From Candidatus Omnitrophota bacterium (GTDB lineage: Bacteria; Omnitrophota; Gorgyraeia; Duberdicusellales; Duberdicusellaceae): DNA of 61,633 nucleotides. The DNA lies in the NCBI GenBank assembly GCA_021163425.1, contig JAGGWS010000067.1, positions 1-61,633 on the forward strand, read 5' to 3'. A model generated the notes under the pieces. That model was not told where the DNA came from. It saw only the letters and a list, made by a program, of their open reading frames with translations, and ran no database searches. This document shows positions 47,071-56,410 of the stretch, piece after piece. The position numbers and the translations under genes are program-made. Within the stretch, counting starts at the first letter, position 1; each line of letters opens with the position of its first letter.

Positions 47071-47497
47071 TTTTTCTTATTTGATTAATTCTTCTCTGGT
47101 GTCTTCCTCCTTCAAATTCAGTATTAAGCCAAATTCCTACTAATCTCCTGGCATACTCAAAACTAACAAAATCTGCTCCTAACACTAAAACATTGGTATC
47201 GTTATGTAAACGAGAAAACTTAGCTGCCTTTATATTATAAACTAAACCGGCTCTTATTCCTTTAACTTTATTAAGGGCAATACAAGAACCAATCCCGGTC
47301 TTACAGATAAATATTCCTCTCTGAGCTTTTTTAGAAGAAACAGCTTCTCCTACCTTAAAACAATATAGAGGATAATCACAGGAGGTAGAAGAAAATGTCC
47401 CCAAGTCTAATACTTTATGACCCTTCTTTTTAAGGTAGCTTACCAGCTCTATCTTTAATTCAAAACCACGATGGTCAGAACCTATAGCTATCCTCAT
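47048..47497 (-). CDS. rpiB: Ribose-5-phosphate isomerase B
   Basis: [28 protein letters not shown]. 149 aa. Confidence 0.9.
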   Translation of the reverse strand: MRIAIGSDHRGFELKIELVSYLKKKGHKVLDLGTFSSTSCDYPLYCFKVGEAVSSKKAQRGIFICKTGIGSCIALNKVKGIRAGLVYNIKAAKFSRLHNDTNVLVLGADFVSFEYARRLVGIWLNTEFEGGRHQRRINQIRKIEEGYGL

Positions 47498-47501
47498 TCT
47501 T

Positions 47502-48563
47502 TTATAGCCAGTTAATTATCTCCTCAATTGCTTTCTTAATAAGATAAAAAACCTCTTCAAAGTATTGAGGCGGCTTTCCTATAGGATCAGGAATATCATC
47601 TTGATACTCTTTCAAAAAATTACCCATCAAGAATATCCTATTTACAGCTGAAGCTTCCATACCAATTATAGCTTCTCTCTGCCTCTTTTCCATTACTATA
47701 ATTATATCTGAAGAACGAATCAAGTATTTATTTACCCTTTGAGAAGTGTGTTGAGAAACATTTATACCTTCTTTAAGGAGAAGTTCTATTACTTCTGAAG
47801 AAGGAGGAATTCCTTCAGAGGCAGAAACTCCACAGGAAAGAATTTCTAACTTTTCAGCTAAAGAAGGTTTCTTCTTAAGATAAAGCTTTAACAAATACTG
47901 AGCCATTATTGACCGGCAGGTATTACCGGTACAAACAAAAAGTATTCTCTTACAATCTAAAACTTTAACAATCTCTTTTTCAGGAATAGCTCCTGACCTT
48001 ATTACTTGAGGAGGTTTTAAAGTTAAATCAACTATAGTTGAAGAGACTTTAAGAGAAGGAGGAAGAGAATCTACAATAAAATCTATCTGGCCATTAAACA
48101 TTCTCTGGGTTTCTTCTGAACTTACTGCTGGAGGCTCACCAGAAATGTTAGCTGAGGGCATAATTACCCGGCAAAGAGCCTCCTTCAAAATCAAAGAAGT
48201 TACTGGATGATCAGGGCACCTCAAACCAATATTTTGCGGTGAATCTTTTTGATAATAGATAATAGTCAAAGGACCTGGCCAAAACTTTTCTATAAGCCTA
48301 TAACCAGAAGGAGGTAAAATATCTAAAAAGAAATCTACATCCTCAGGAGAAGCTATATGAATAGTGGAAGGTTTATTTCTATCTCTTTTCTTAAGAAGAT
48401 AAACCCTGTTAACAGCATCTTGCCTATCTAAATTAGCAGCTAAACCATAAACAGTCTCAGTAGGCAAAGCTCCAACCTTGCCTTCTCTTATCCAGGAAGC
48501 AACTTTTTTAATTAAGTTTAAATCAATATTCTCAGGGTCAATGTGGATTAATTGAGGCTTCAT
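47502..48563 (-). CDS. Fusion: L-threonylcarbamoyladenylate synthase (TsaC/YwlC) + low-molecular-weight protein phosphatase (YwlE-like)
   Basis: N-terminal YrdC-like domain ([14 protein letters not shown]). C-terminal CX5R(S) loop [15 protein letters not shown] with a downstream DP motif (IPDPIG). Confidence 0.8.
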   Translation of the reverse strand: MKPQLIHIDPENIDLNLIKKVASWIREGKVGALPTETVYGLAANLDRQDAVNRVYLLKKRDRNKPSTIHIASPEDVDFFLDILPPSGYRLIEKFWPGPLTIIYYQKDSPQNIGLRCPDHPVTSLILKEALCRVIMPSANISGEPPAVSSEETQRMFNGQIDFIVDSLPPSLKVSSTIVDLTLKPPQVIRSGAIPEKEIVKVLDCKRILFVCTGNTCRSIMAQYLLKLYLKKKPSLAEKLEILSCGVSASEGIPPSSEVIELLLKEGINVSQHTSQRVNKYLIRSSDIIIVMEKRQREAIIGMEASAVNRIFLMGNFLKEYQDDIPDPIGKPPQYFEEVFYLIKKAIEEIINWL

Positions 48564-49018
48564 CTCTTCTTAAATTTCTTTTTAACTTTTTTAAGCAGGC
48601 TTTTTTCTTTTCTGCCAGAAAGAGCTAAAATTCTTAAAGCTAATACTACTGCATTAACTATCCCTGAACCATCTACAGTAGTACAAGCCACCGGCACTCC
48701 CTTGGGCATCTGGAGAATAGAAAGTAAAGAGTCTATACCTTTGAAAGCTTTACTGTATAAAGGGACTCCAATCACCGGGATATCTACATAAGAAGAAACT
48801 ACTCCTGGTAAAGCTGCTGATAATCCTGCACAAGCAATAATTACTTTTACTCCTTTCTTATCTATATTTTTAAGATAGTTTCTAAGTTTATCAGGGTCTC
48901 TGTGAGCAGAGATAACCTTAAGCTCATAGTCAACCTTTAAATCTTTAAGAAGTTTAAGTCCTTCCTCTACCTGAGGGAAATCAGAATTACTTCCTAACAA
49001 AATCAAAATCTTTTTCAT
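48560..49018 (-). CDS. purE: PurE-family protein (N5-CAIR mutase / AIR carboxylase fold) with atypical active-site loop
   Basis: [29 protein letters not shown] (where E. coli has AGAGGAAHLPG), [14 protein letters not shown]. Confidence 0.8.
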   Translation of the reverse strand: MKKILILLGSNSDFPQVEEGLKLLKDLKVDYELKVISAHRDPDKLRNYLKNIDKKGVKVIIACAGLSAALPGVVSSYVDIPVIGVPLYSKAFKGIDSLLSILQMPKGVPVACTTVDGSGIVNAVVLALRILALSGRKEKSLLKKVKKKFKKR

Positions 49019-49033
49019 AAATTACCTCTAAAA

Positions 49034-50308
49034 TTATAAATACTTTAAGGCTTTATTCCCGATATCTTTGCGATAGTGTATACCTTCAAAATAAATATTC
49101 TTTATAGCTTCATAGACTTTAACTTGAGTTTCAATTAAACCCTCAGCTAACCCTACTACATTTAAAACCCTCCCCCCAGCAGTGATAAATTCTCCATCTC
49201 TTCTTTTAGTCCCGGCGTGAAAGAGAAAAAGGTCTCTTAAGCCCTCTACTTTCTCTAAACCCTTAATAACTTTCCCTTTTTCATATTTCCCAGGATAACC
49301 TCCCGAAGCTAAAACCACACAGAGGCAGAAACGCTCATCCCAAACCAGGTTAACCTCAGCTAAATCCTCCCCAATAGTCTTAAGCATAACTTCTAATAAA
49401 TCGCTTCTTAACTTAGGGAGAATAACCTGAGTCTCAGGGTCGCCAAACCTTACGTTAAATTCCAGAACATAAGGTTGATTATCTTTAATCATCAACCCCG
49501 CATAAAGCATTCCTTTATAAACTTTACCTTCCTTCTTTAAGCCTCTAATTAAAGGCTCAAAAATCTCCTCGGTTATCTTTCTAAACACAACATCATTTAC
49601 TACTGGAGCTGGAGCATATGCTCCCATACCTCCGGTATTAGGTCCCCGGTCTTCATCAAAAACTTGTTTATGATCCTGAGAAGGCACTAAAGGAAAAATG
49701 GTTTCTCCGTCGGTAAATACTAATACTGAAGCTTCTTCTCCGGATAAAAAATCTTCAATTACTATATTTTCTCCTGCTGAACCAAATTTTTTCTCAGTCA
49801 TTATTAAGTCTATGGCTGAATAGGCTTCTTCTCTATTCTTACAAACTATAGCCCCTTTGCCTGCAGCTAACCCATCAGCCTTAATTACCAAAGGAAACCG
49901 TTTACTCCTTACATAATCTTTGGCCAAATCTGGCTGAGAAAAAACTTCAAAGTCAGCAGTAGGAATACCGAACTTTCTCATTATCTTCTTAGCATAAACT
50001 TTACTTCCTTCTAAGAGAGCTAAATCTCTTTTAGGCCCGAATATCTTAAGCCCCTTACTCTCAAACCTATCTACAATACCTCCCACTAAAGGAGCTTCTG
50101 GTCCTGCTACGGTTAAGTCTATCTTACTATTTTCAGCAAATTTTACCAGCCCTTCTAAATCCTGAGGGTTAATATCAACATTTTCTCCAATTAGAGAAGT
50201 TCCGGCGTTGCCAGGAGCAATATAGAGCTTATCCACCAGCTTAGACTCTTTCAACTTCCAGGCTAAACAATGCTCTCTCCCTCCTGAACCAATTACCAAT
50301 ACCTTCAT
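49034..50308 (-). CDS. purD: Phosphoribosylamine-glycine ligase
   Basis: MKVLVIGSGGREH, ATP-grasp core, PNTGGMGAY. 424 aa. Confidence 0.93.
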   Translation of the reverse strand: MKVLVIGSGGREHCLAWKLKESKLVDKLYIAPGNAGTSLIGENVDINPQDLEGLVKFAENSKIDLTVAGPEAPLVGGIVDRFESKGLKIFGPKRDLALLEGSKVYAKKIMRKFGIPTADFEVFSQPDLAKDYVRSKRFPLVIKADGLAAGKGAIVCKNREEAYSAIDLIMTEKKFGSAGENIVIEDFLSGEEASVLVFTDGETIFPLVPSQDHKQVFDEDRGPNTGGMGAYAPAPVVNDVVFRKITEEIFEPLIRGLKKEGKVYKGMLYAGLMIKDNQPYVLEFNVRFGDPETQVILPKLRSDLLEVMLKTIGEDLAEVNLVWDERFCLCVVLASGGYPGKYEKGKVIKGLEKVEGLRDLFLFHAGTKRRDGEFITAGGRVLNVVGLAEGLIETQVKVYEAIKNIYFEGIHYRKDIGNKALKYL

Positions 50309-50326
50309 CTCAACCTAAATTTATGG

Positions 50327-51322
50327 TTAAACTAAAACTATTCCTTCTTTTTCTCTCCTTACTACCTCACCAATAATATAAGTAGTAATCTTCTTCTTTA
50401 AGAAGTTAAAAACTTTAAAGGCTTCGCTTTTCCCTGCTACCACCACCATCCCAATCCCCATATTAAAAATAGAATACATCTCTTTATCTTCTAAGTTAGC
50501 TTTTTTCTGGATTATTTTAAAAATTTCAGGAACTTTCCAGTGATTCCGGTAAATTTTAAAAGAGAATTTTTCAGGTAAAATCTTAGTTAATTTATTATAA
50601 AAACTGCCTCCGGTATTATGGGCAATCCCCTTAATAGATAGTGGGTTTAAATTCCTGTTAGACAACAAAGAGAGGACAGGCTTAACATATATACGGGTAG
50701 GCTTAAGAAGTTCCCGGTAATATTTCCTGATTTCCTTCTCCGAAAAAACCTTTCTTACCAAGGAAAAACCATTAGAATGAAGCCCACTGGAAGCTAAACC
50801 TAAGACTACATCTCCTTCTCTTATCTTTTTCCCGTCTAAAACCCTTCTCTCCCCAATCCCTACGCAGAAACCTGCTAAATCATATTCATCCTTCTTGTAC
50901 ATACCGGGCATCTCGGCAGTCTCACCACCTAAGAACAAACAGCCCGCCTCTTCTAAGCCTTTGTTAATACCTCTTACCACTTCTTTCAAAACCTCAGGGT
51001 TAAGCTTTCCACAAGCTATATAATCTAAGAAGAAAAGGGGTTCTGCTCCCAGACAGACTACATCATTTACATTCATTGCTACTAAATCTATACCTACCGT
51101 ATTATGAATACCTAACTCCTGGGCAATCTTAAGTTTTGTGCCTACGCCATCTGAAGAAGAAACTAATACTGGTTCGTGGTATTTCTTAAGCTTCTTAGAT
51201 AAATCATAAACACAACCAAAAGCAGAAATCCCTCTATTTTTTAAGAACTTCTTAATGCTGGCCACAAATTCTTCAGCCTTACCTACATCTACACCAGCTT
51301 TTTTATAAGTGATTTTACTCAT
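50327..51322 (-). CDS. purM: Phosphoribosylformylglycinamidine cyclo-ligase (AIR synthetase)
   Basis: YKKAGVDV, SSDGVGTKL, GGETAEMPG, SSGLHSNGFSL. Confidence 0.93.
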   Translation of the reverse strand: MSKITYKKAGVDVGKAEEFVASIKKFLKNRGISAFGCVYDLSKKLKKYHEPVLVSSSDGVGTKLKIAQELGIHNTVGIDLVAMNVNDVVCLGAEPLFFLDYIACGKLNPEVLKEVVRGINKGLEEAGCLFLGGETAEMPGMYKKDEYDLAGFCVGIGERRVLDGKKIREGDVVLGLASSGLHSNGFSLVRKVFSEKEIRKYYRELLKPTRIYVKPVLSLLSNRNLNPLSIKGIAHNTGGSFYNKLTKILPEKFSFKIYRNHWKVPEIFKIIQKKANLEDKEMYSIFNMGIGMVVVAGKSEAFKVFNFLKKKITTYIIGEVVRREKEGIVLV

Positions 51323-52617
51323 CAGAGAAGATTAAGCTTTCTGTAAATAGTGTTGATATTTTTTAAATAGTTGTGGGGTAAAAATATCTCTTCAATCTCT
51401 TCAGAACTTAAATACTTCTTTACCTCTTTGCTCTTAAGAAGTTCCTCTTTAAGATTAATGGAGTTTTTAATAACTTCAAAAGAAATTTTCTGAACTAAAT
51501 CGTAAGCCCGTTCTCTTTCTAATCCTTTTATCATCAGTTTAAGAAGCACTGCCTGAGAATAGATTAAACCTTGAGAAATTTCCAAATTTTTAAGCATATT
51601 TTCAGGATAAACCGAGAGATCTCTTATTACCTCTCTAAATTTACGCAAAATATAAACAACAAGACTTATAGAATCAGGAATAATCACTCTTTCTGCTGAA
51701 GAATGAGAAATATCTCTTTCATGCCAAAGGTTTATATTCTCAAACCCTGCTAACATATTTGCCCTAAGAAGCCGGGATAATCCCGACATTCTCTCACAAA
51801 TTATAGGGTTCCTTTTATGAGGCATAGCTGATGAACCTTTTTGTCCTGAATAGAAAGGCTCTTCTGCCTCTTTAGTCTCTGTTTTCTGAAGATGCCTTAT
51901 CTCGGTAGCAAACCTCTCGATAACTGAACCTAATAAAGCTAAAATACTTAAAAGATAGGCTAATCTATCCCGAGAAACTACCTGAGAAGAAATTTTGGCC
52001 GGAGTTATGCCAATCTTCTTACAAACAAATTCTTCTACTTCAGGAGGAAGGTGGACGAATGTGCCTACTGCTCCGGAAATCTTTCCACAGCAGACAATAC
52101 CTTTAGAATCTTTAAGTAATCTCCTTACTCTTACAAGTTCATCATAGAAGAAAGCAAACTTTAAACCAAAACTGTAAACTTCAGCATGGACACCATGGGT
52201 TCTCCCTGCACAGATTGTATCTTTGTATTTCAGAGCTTTCTTTTTTACTTCTCTTATTAAAGCTTCTAAGTCTTTTAAGATAATCTCTAAACAATCCTTT
52301 ATCTGCCAGGCCAAAGTAGTATCTAAAAGGTCTGAAGAAGTTAAACCAAAGTGGATATATTGGGAAGATTTGCCTAAACTTTCTGACAAGTTAAGAATGA
52401 AAGATACTACATCGTGGTGAGTTTTTTCCTCAATCTTTTTAATCTTATCTACAGAAATTTTTGCTTTCTGACGGATTTCTCTGTAGGCACTTTGAGGAAT
52501 TATCTTCAACTTAGCCAAAGCTTCAGAAACCAAGACCTCTATCTTTAAAAACCTTTTAAACTTCGATTCTTCAGAAAAAATACCAGCTATATCTTGAGGA
52601 GCATATCTTTCTATCAT
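51322..52617 (-). CDS. purB: Adenylosuccinate lyase
   Basis: Signature GSSAMPHKRNP. I prefer ATG 52617 (MIERYAPQ) over TTG 52623, because a promoter -10 element ends 9 nt upstream. Confidence 0.92.
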   Translation of the reverse strand: MIERYAPQDIAGIFSEESKFKRFLKIEVLVSEALAKLKIIPQSAYREIRQKAKISVDKIKKIEEKTHHDVVSFILNLSESLGKSSQYIHFGLTSSDLLDTTLAWQIKDCLEIILKDLEALIREVKKKALKYKDTICAGRTHGVHAEVYSFGLKFAFFYDELVRVRRLLKDSKGIVCCGKISGAVGTFVHLPPEVEEFVCKKIGITPAKISSQVVSRDRLAYLLSILALLGSVIERFATEIRHLQKTETKEAEEPFYSGQKGSSAMPHKRNPIICERMSGLSRLLRANMLAGFENINLWHERDISHSSAERVIIPDSISLVVYILRKFREVIRDLSVYPENMLKNLEISQGLIYSQAVLLKLMIKGLERERAYDLVQKISFEVIKNSINLKEELLKSKEVKKYLSSEEIEEIFLPHNYLKNINTIYRKLNLL

Positions 52618-52626
52618 TGCCAAAAC

Positions 52627-52655
52627 ATCTTACCAAACCAAGCCCTTCTCGTCAA
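52627..52655 (-). promoter_or_regulatory. Putative sigma70-type promoter of the purB operon, leaderless geometry
   Basis: Minus strand TTGACG(52655-52650)-N17-TAAGAT(52632-52627)-N9-ATG(52617). No SD. Confidence 0.55.
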
Positions 52656-52731
52656 ATAAAATAAGCCAAGAAAATTGTCTATCGGCTTCGTCTGTTGGTT
52701 TCGGCTGAGTATCCCTGCCTGCCGTCTTTTA

Positions 52732-52929
52732 ACGTTCACACGTTCATACGTTCATACGTTTATACGTTTATACGTTCACACGTTCACACGTTTTAACGTT
52801 CACACGTTCACACGTTTTCACGTTCATACGTTTTTACGTTTATACGTTTATACGTTTATACGTTTATACGTTTTAACGTAACACATTATTTTGAAAACAT
52901 TTTGTCAAGTTACGCTGGTTATTGGTTAT
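52732..52929 (+). repeat. Mosaic repeat locus F: 19 octamers + degenerate palindrome + two heptamers
   Basis: ACGT at 52732+8k for k=0..18 with no phase slip (ACGTTCAC/ACGTTCAT/ACGTTTAT/ACGTTTTA variants). ACGTAACACATTATTTTGAAAACATTTTGTCAAGTTAC (52876-52913). TGGTTAT twice (52916-52929). Confidence 0.92.
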
Positions 52930-53047
52930 TTATCTCTTTTTAAATAGCTCAAAAAGCCTTCTTTAAAAGAAATAGGGTAAGTTAAAAATGGTGTAATGGA
53001 AAACCTAAACTTAAAATAAACCAAGGCAGGTTTATATTTTTAAGAAA

Positions 53048-53124
<77 letters not shown>

Positions 53125-53133
53125 ATTAAGTTT

Positions 53134-53430
53134 TTATTCTTCTATCTTAACTACTACTTCGTTTTCTTTCAAAAGGCCTAAACTTTCTCGAGCTACTTTC
53201 TCCAAATAAAAGAGGTCTTTATCCCAGGAACCAATCTGAGTTTTTAAAGTTTCAATCTCCTTTTTGGTATCTTCTATACTCTTAGATAAAATATTATACT
53301 CTTCTCTTAGTTCTTTTATTTTAGTATAACTTGGCAAAAATAAAAAGAAAATTATTAAAAATAAGATTACTCCTAAAAAAAGAAACCCTAAGACCTTAAA
53401 GAAATCTATCCTTAAGGGTTTTACCGGCAT
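53134..53430 (-). CDS. ftsB: Septum formation initiator FtsB/DivIC family
   Basis: 98 aa, one TM plus coiled coil. Conserved position immediately after eno. Confidence 0.7.
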   Translation of the reverse strand: MPVKPLRIDFFKVLGFLFLGVILFLIIFFLFLPSYTKIKELREEYNILSKSIEDTKKEIETLKTQIGSWDKDLFYLEKVARESLGLLKENEVVVKIEE

Positions 53431-54670
53431 ATTCCGCCCTCTTGCCTAATTCTTCCTCAATCCTTAAAAGTTCATTGTATTTACAAACTCTATCCGTCCG
53501 GGATAAAGACCCGGTTTTAATCTGGCCAGATCCGGTAGCAACTGCTAAGTGAGAAATGGTTGTATCTTCAGTTTCTCCCGAACGATGAGAAATAACTGCT
53601 GTGTAGTTATTTTTAAAAGCCAGATTAACTGTATCTAAAGTTTCTGATAAACTTCCTATCTGATTAACCTTTATAAGGATAGAATTGGCAACTTTTCTTT
53701 CTATGCCTTCTCTTAATCTCTTAGTATTAGTAACAAATAAATCATCTCCTACTAACTGAATTTTTTCTCCCAGTTCCTCAGTAAGAGTTCTCCAGCCTGA
53801 CCAGTCATCTTCACTTAAGCCGTCCTCAATTGAAAATATAGGGTATTTTTTGATTAACTTAGAATAAAAATTTATCAGATACTGAGTGCCAACTTTCTTC
53901 TCCTCAAAAAAGTATCTTTCTCTCTTATAAAAAGAACTGGCTGCAGAATCTAAAGCAAGGCAAATCTGTTTCTCCGGAGAATAACCGGCCTTGTGTATAG
54001 CCTCTATTATCAATTTAATCGCCTGTTCATTCCCTTTTAAATTAGGAGCAAAACCTCCTTCATCGCCTACAGATGTAGAAAGCTTGCGGGACTTGAGGAT
54101 ACCTTTTAAAGTATGGAATACTTCTGAACTTGCCTGCAGAGCCCTCCTAAAACTATTAAAGCCAAAAGGAACAATCATAAACTCCTGAATATCTAAGTTG
54201 TTATCGGCATGCAGGCCTCCATTTAAAATATTCATCAAAGGAACTGGCAAAAGTTTTGCCCTAGAATCTCCTAAATATCTGTAAAGAGGTAAGCCCTTAC
54301 TTAGAGCATCGGCTTTAGCTACTGCTAAAGAAACCCCCAAGACAGCATTTGCTCCTAAATAAGATTTATTCTCTGTAGCATCTAACTTTAGAAGTATCTT
54401 ATCAATCTTTCGGAAATCAGGCTGAAGCCCCTTTATCTTAGGAAAAATTTTTTTATTTACATTCTCTACTGCTTTTAAGACCCCCTTACCTTTATACCTT
54501 TTAGGGTCCTTATCTCTCAACTCTAAAGCTTCATATTCACCGGTTGAGGCTCCTGAAGGAACCGCTGCCCTTCCTAACACCCCATTATCCAGAATAATAT
54601 CTACTTCTACAGTAGGATTTCCTCGAGAATCTAAAATTTCTCTGGCTCTAACTTTCTTAATCCTAGGCAT
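53396..54670 (-). CDS. eno: Enolase
   Basis: [34 protein letters not shown]. Confidence 0.95.
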   Translation of the reverse strand: MPRIKKVRAREILDSRGNPTVEVDIILDNGVLGRAAVPSGASTGEYEALELRDKDPKRYKGKGVLKAVENVNKKIFPKIKGLQPDFRKIDKILLKLDATENKSYLGANAVLGVSLAVAKADALSKGLPLYRYLGDSRAKLLPVPLMNILNGGLHADNNLDIQEFMIVPFGFNSFRRALQASSEVFHTLKGILKSRKLSTSVGDEGGFAPNLKGNEQAIKLIIEAIHKAGYSPEKQICLALDSAASSFYKRERYFFEEKKVGTQYLINFYSKLIKKYPIFSIEDGLSEDDWSGWRTLTEELGEKIQLVGDDLFVTNTKRLREGIERKVANSILIKVNQIGSLSETLDTVNLAFKNNYTAVISHRSGETEDTTISHLAVATGSGQIKTGSLSRTDRVCKYNELLRIEEELGKRAEYAGKTLKDRFL

Positions 54671-54827
54671 ACCTTCCTCCCTTTCTATCCAAAGACTTTA
54701 TTAACTATTATACAAACAAGTCCTGAGAAGTCAACATATTTGGCCACTTCGAATTGACTCATATTAAATGTTACCCAGATTAAATCTGAAATGTTTCGTT
54801 GACTCATAAACTCAGAAGATTAAAATC

Positions 54828-54856
54828 TTGTCTTAGTCTCTTAAAAATGCTATTAT
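54828..54856 (+). promoter_or_regulatory. Putative extended -10 promoter of trmI, leaderless geometry
   Basis: TTGTCT(54828-54833)-N17-(TGc)TATTAT(54851-54856)-N6-ATG(54863). No SD. Confidence 0.55.
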
Positions 54857-54862
54857 TTTTCT

Positions 54863-55621
54863 ATGCTTAAAGAAGGTGATCTCATACTCCTCTATAAAGA
54901 CCCTCAGAGAAACTATCTTTTAAAAGTAGAGAATAAAAAGTTCCATACTGATAAAGGATTTATTGATTTATCCAGCCTTAAGAATAAAGATATAGGCCAA
55001 AATATAGAAACCAACTTAGGAGAAAAATTCTATATCCTGACACCTTCTCTCTGGGATATAATTATGAAGATAGAAAGAAAGACCCAGATAATCTACCCTA
55101 AAGATATAGGGATAATCCTTCTTAAAAGCAATTTATTTCCAGGAGCAAGAGTTATAGAATGTGGTTCAGGAAGTGGAGGGATAGCTTTAGCCCTGGCTAA
55201 TTTTATAAGGCCTGGAGGCAAGGTCTTCAGTTATGAAAGGAATAAAGAATTCTTAGAAAATGCCCGTAAGAATGTAAAAAAAGCCCAATTAGAAGATTAT
55301 GTGGAATTTAAACTTAAAGAAGTAAAAGAAAGATTTGACGAAGAAGATATAGATTCAGTAATAATAGATATTGGGAGTCCCTGGGAGTTAATTCCAGCTA
55401 GTTTGCAGGCTTTAAAGCCCGGGGGGAGATTTGCCACGATTTGTCCTACTTTTGAACAATTAACCCAGACTGTATTCTCCTTAGAAAAAGCAGGCTTTAC
55501 TCAAATAGAAACTTTGGAAGTCTTAACCCGGAGAATTCTGGTAAGAAGAGGAAAAACCCGGCCAGAACAAAGAATCCCTTCTCATACTGGTTTTTTAGTT
55601 TTTGCCTCCAAAGTAATCTAA
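54863..55621 (+). CDS. trmI: tRNA (adenine58-N1)-methyltransferase TrmI/Gcd14 type
   Basis: N-terminal beta domain plus SAM motif VIECGSGSGGIALALA. 252 aa. Confidence 0.8.
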   Translation: MLKEGDLILLYKDPQRNYLLKVENKKFHTDKGFIDLSSLKNKDIGQNIETNLGEKFYILTPSLWDIIMKIERKTQIIYPKDIGIILLKSNLFPGARVIECGSGSGGIALALANFIRPGGKVFSYERNKEFLENARKNVKKAQLEDYVEFKLKEVKERFDEEDIDSVIIDIGSPWELIPASLQALKPGGRFATICPTFEQLTQTVFSLEKAGFTQIETLEVLTRRILVRRGKTRPEQRIPSHTGFLVFASKVI

Positions 55622-56409
55622 CCTAAATACTCTAAAAGTTGAGAGAAAAAAATATTAGCGGATTGAGAAATCTTAATATCAGCTATTGAGGATAAGGGTG
55701 TTAATTCGGGATTAATTTCTAAAATCTGGCAACCTCTTTCTTTAGCCTGAAAAGGCAAATTTACTGCAGGATAAACCACACCACTTGTTCCAATAATTAA
55801 AAGAAGTTCAGCTTTATCAATTAACTGGTAAGCTTTAACTAACTCTTCTTCGGGTAAAGGCTGGCCAAAAAATACTACTGAAGGAGCAAGCCTCCTCCCG
55901 CATTCACATCTTCCTATAAAAGATAAGAGCTTTCTTATTAAATCTTTGCGGGTGTGAAGTTTCTTAACCTCCTCTAAAAACTCAGCTACTTCCTTCTTAT
56001 CTCTTGTCTCTTCTCTATTACAAACTCTACACCTGAATTTATAAGCATTACCGTGAAGTTCAGAAACTACCTTTGAGCCAGCCAACTGATGAAGGTTATC
56101 TATATTCTGAGTAATTACTCCTAAAAGACTGCCTCTCCTTTCTAACTCCGCTAAGGCATAATGGGTAGAATTCGGCTCAGCCTTGAGCAAGACCTCATAA
56201 AAATCTACAAAAAACTGAGAAATCTTATCAGGAGACTTCAGAAAGGTAAACAGAATCCCCGGGACACTAGCGTATATCTGAGGGTCATACTTTTCCCATA
56301 AACCGCCCTTTCCCCGAAAAGTAGGTATCCCGCTTTCTAAGGAAGCCCCTGCTCCAGTAAAAGCTACTGTTTTCTTTTCTCTGAGAAGCTTAGCTACTTT
56401 TTCTACCAT
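55618..56409 (-). CDS. cobB: NAD-dependent protein deacylase (sirtuin, CobB type)
   Basis: GAGASLESGIPTFRG, ITQNIDNLH, Zn ribbon CRVC...CECG. 263 aa. Confidence 0.88.
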   Translation of the reverse strand: MVEKVAKLLREKKTVAFTGAGASLESGIPTFRGKGGLWEKYDPQIYASVPGILFTFLKSPDKISQFFVDFYEVLLKAEPNSTHYALAELERRGSLLGVITQNIDNLHQLAGSKVVSELHGNAYKFRCRVCNREETRDKKEVAEFLEEVKKLHTRKDLIRKLLSFIGRCECGRRLAPSVVFFGQPLPEEELVKAYQLIDKAELLLIIGTSGVVYPAVNLPFQAKERGCQILEINPELTPLSSIADIKISQSANIFFSQLLEYLG

Positions 56410-56410
56410 A

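Noticed and set aside
52675-52881. 68-aa plus-strand ORF (…HTFIRLYVHTFTRFNVHTF…)
   Set aside because: Same artefact over the 19-unit octamer array. It has a TTG start and no SD. Its periodic sequence is shared with the other arrays only because the DNA repeat is shared.
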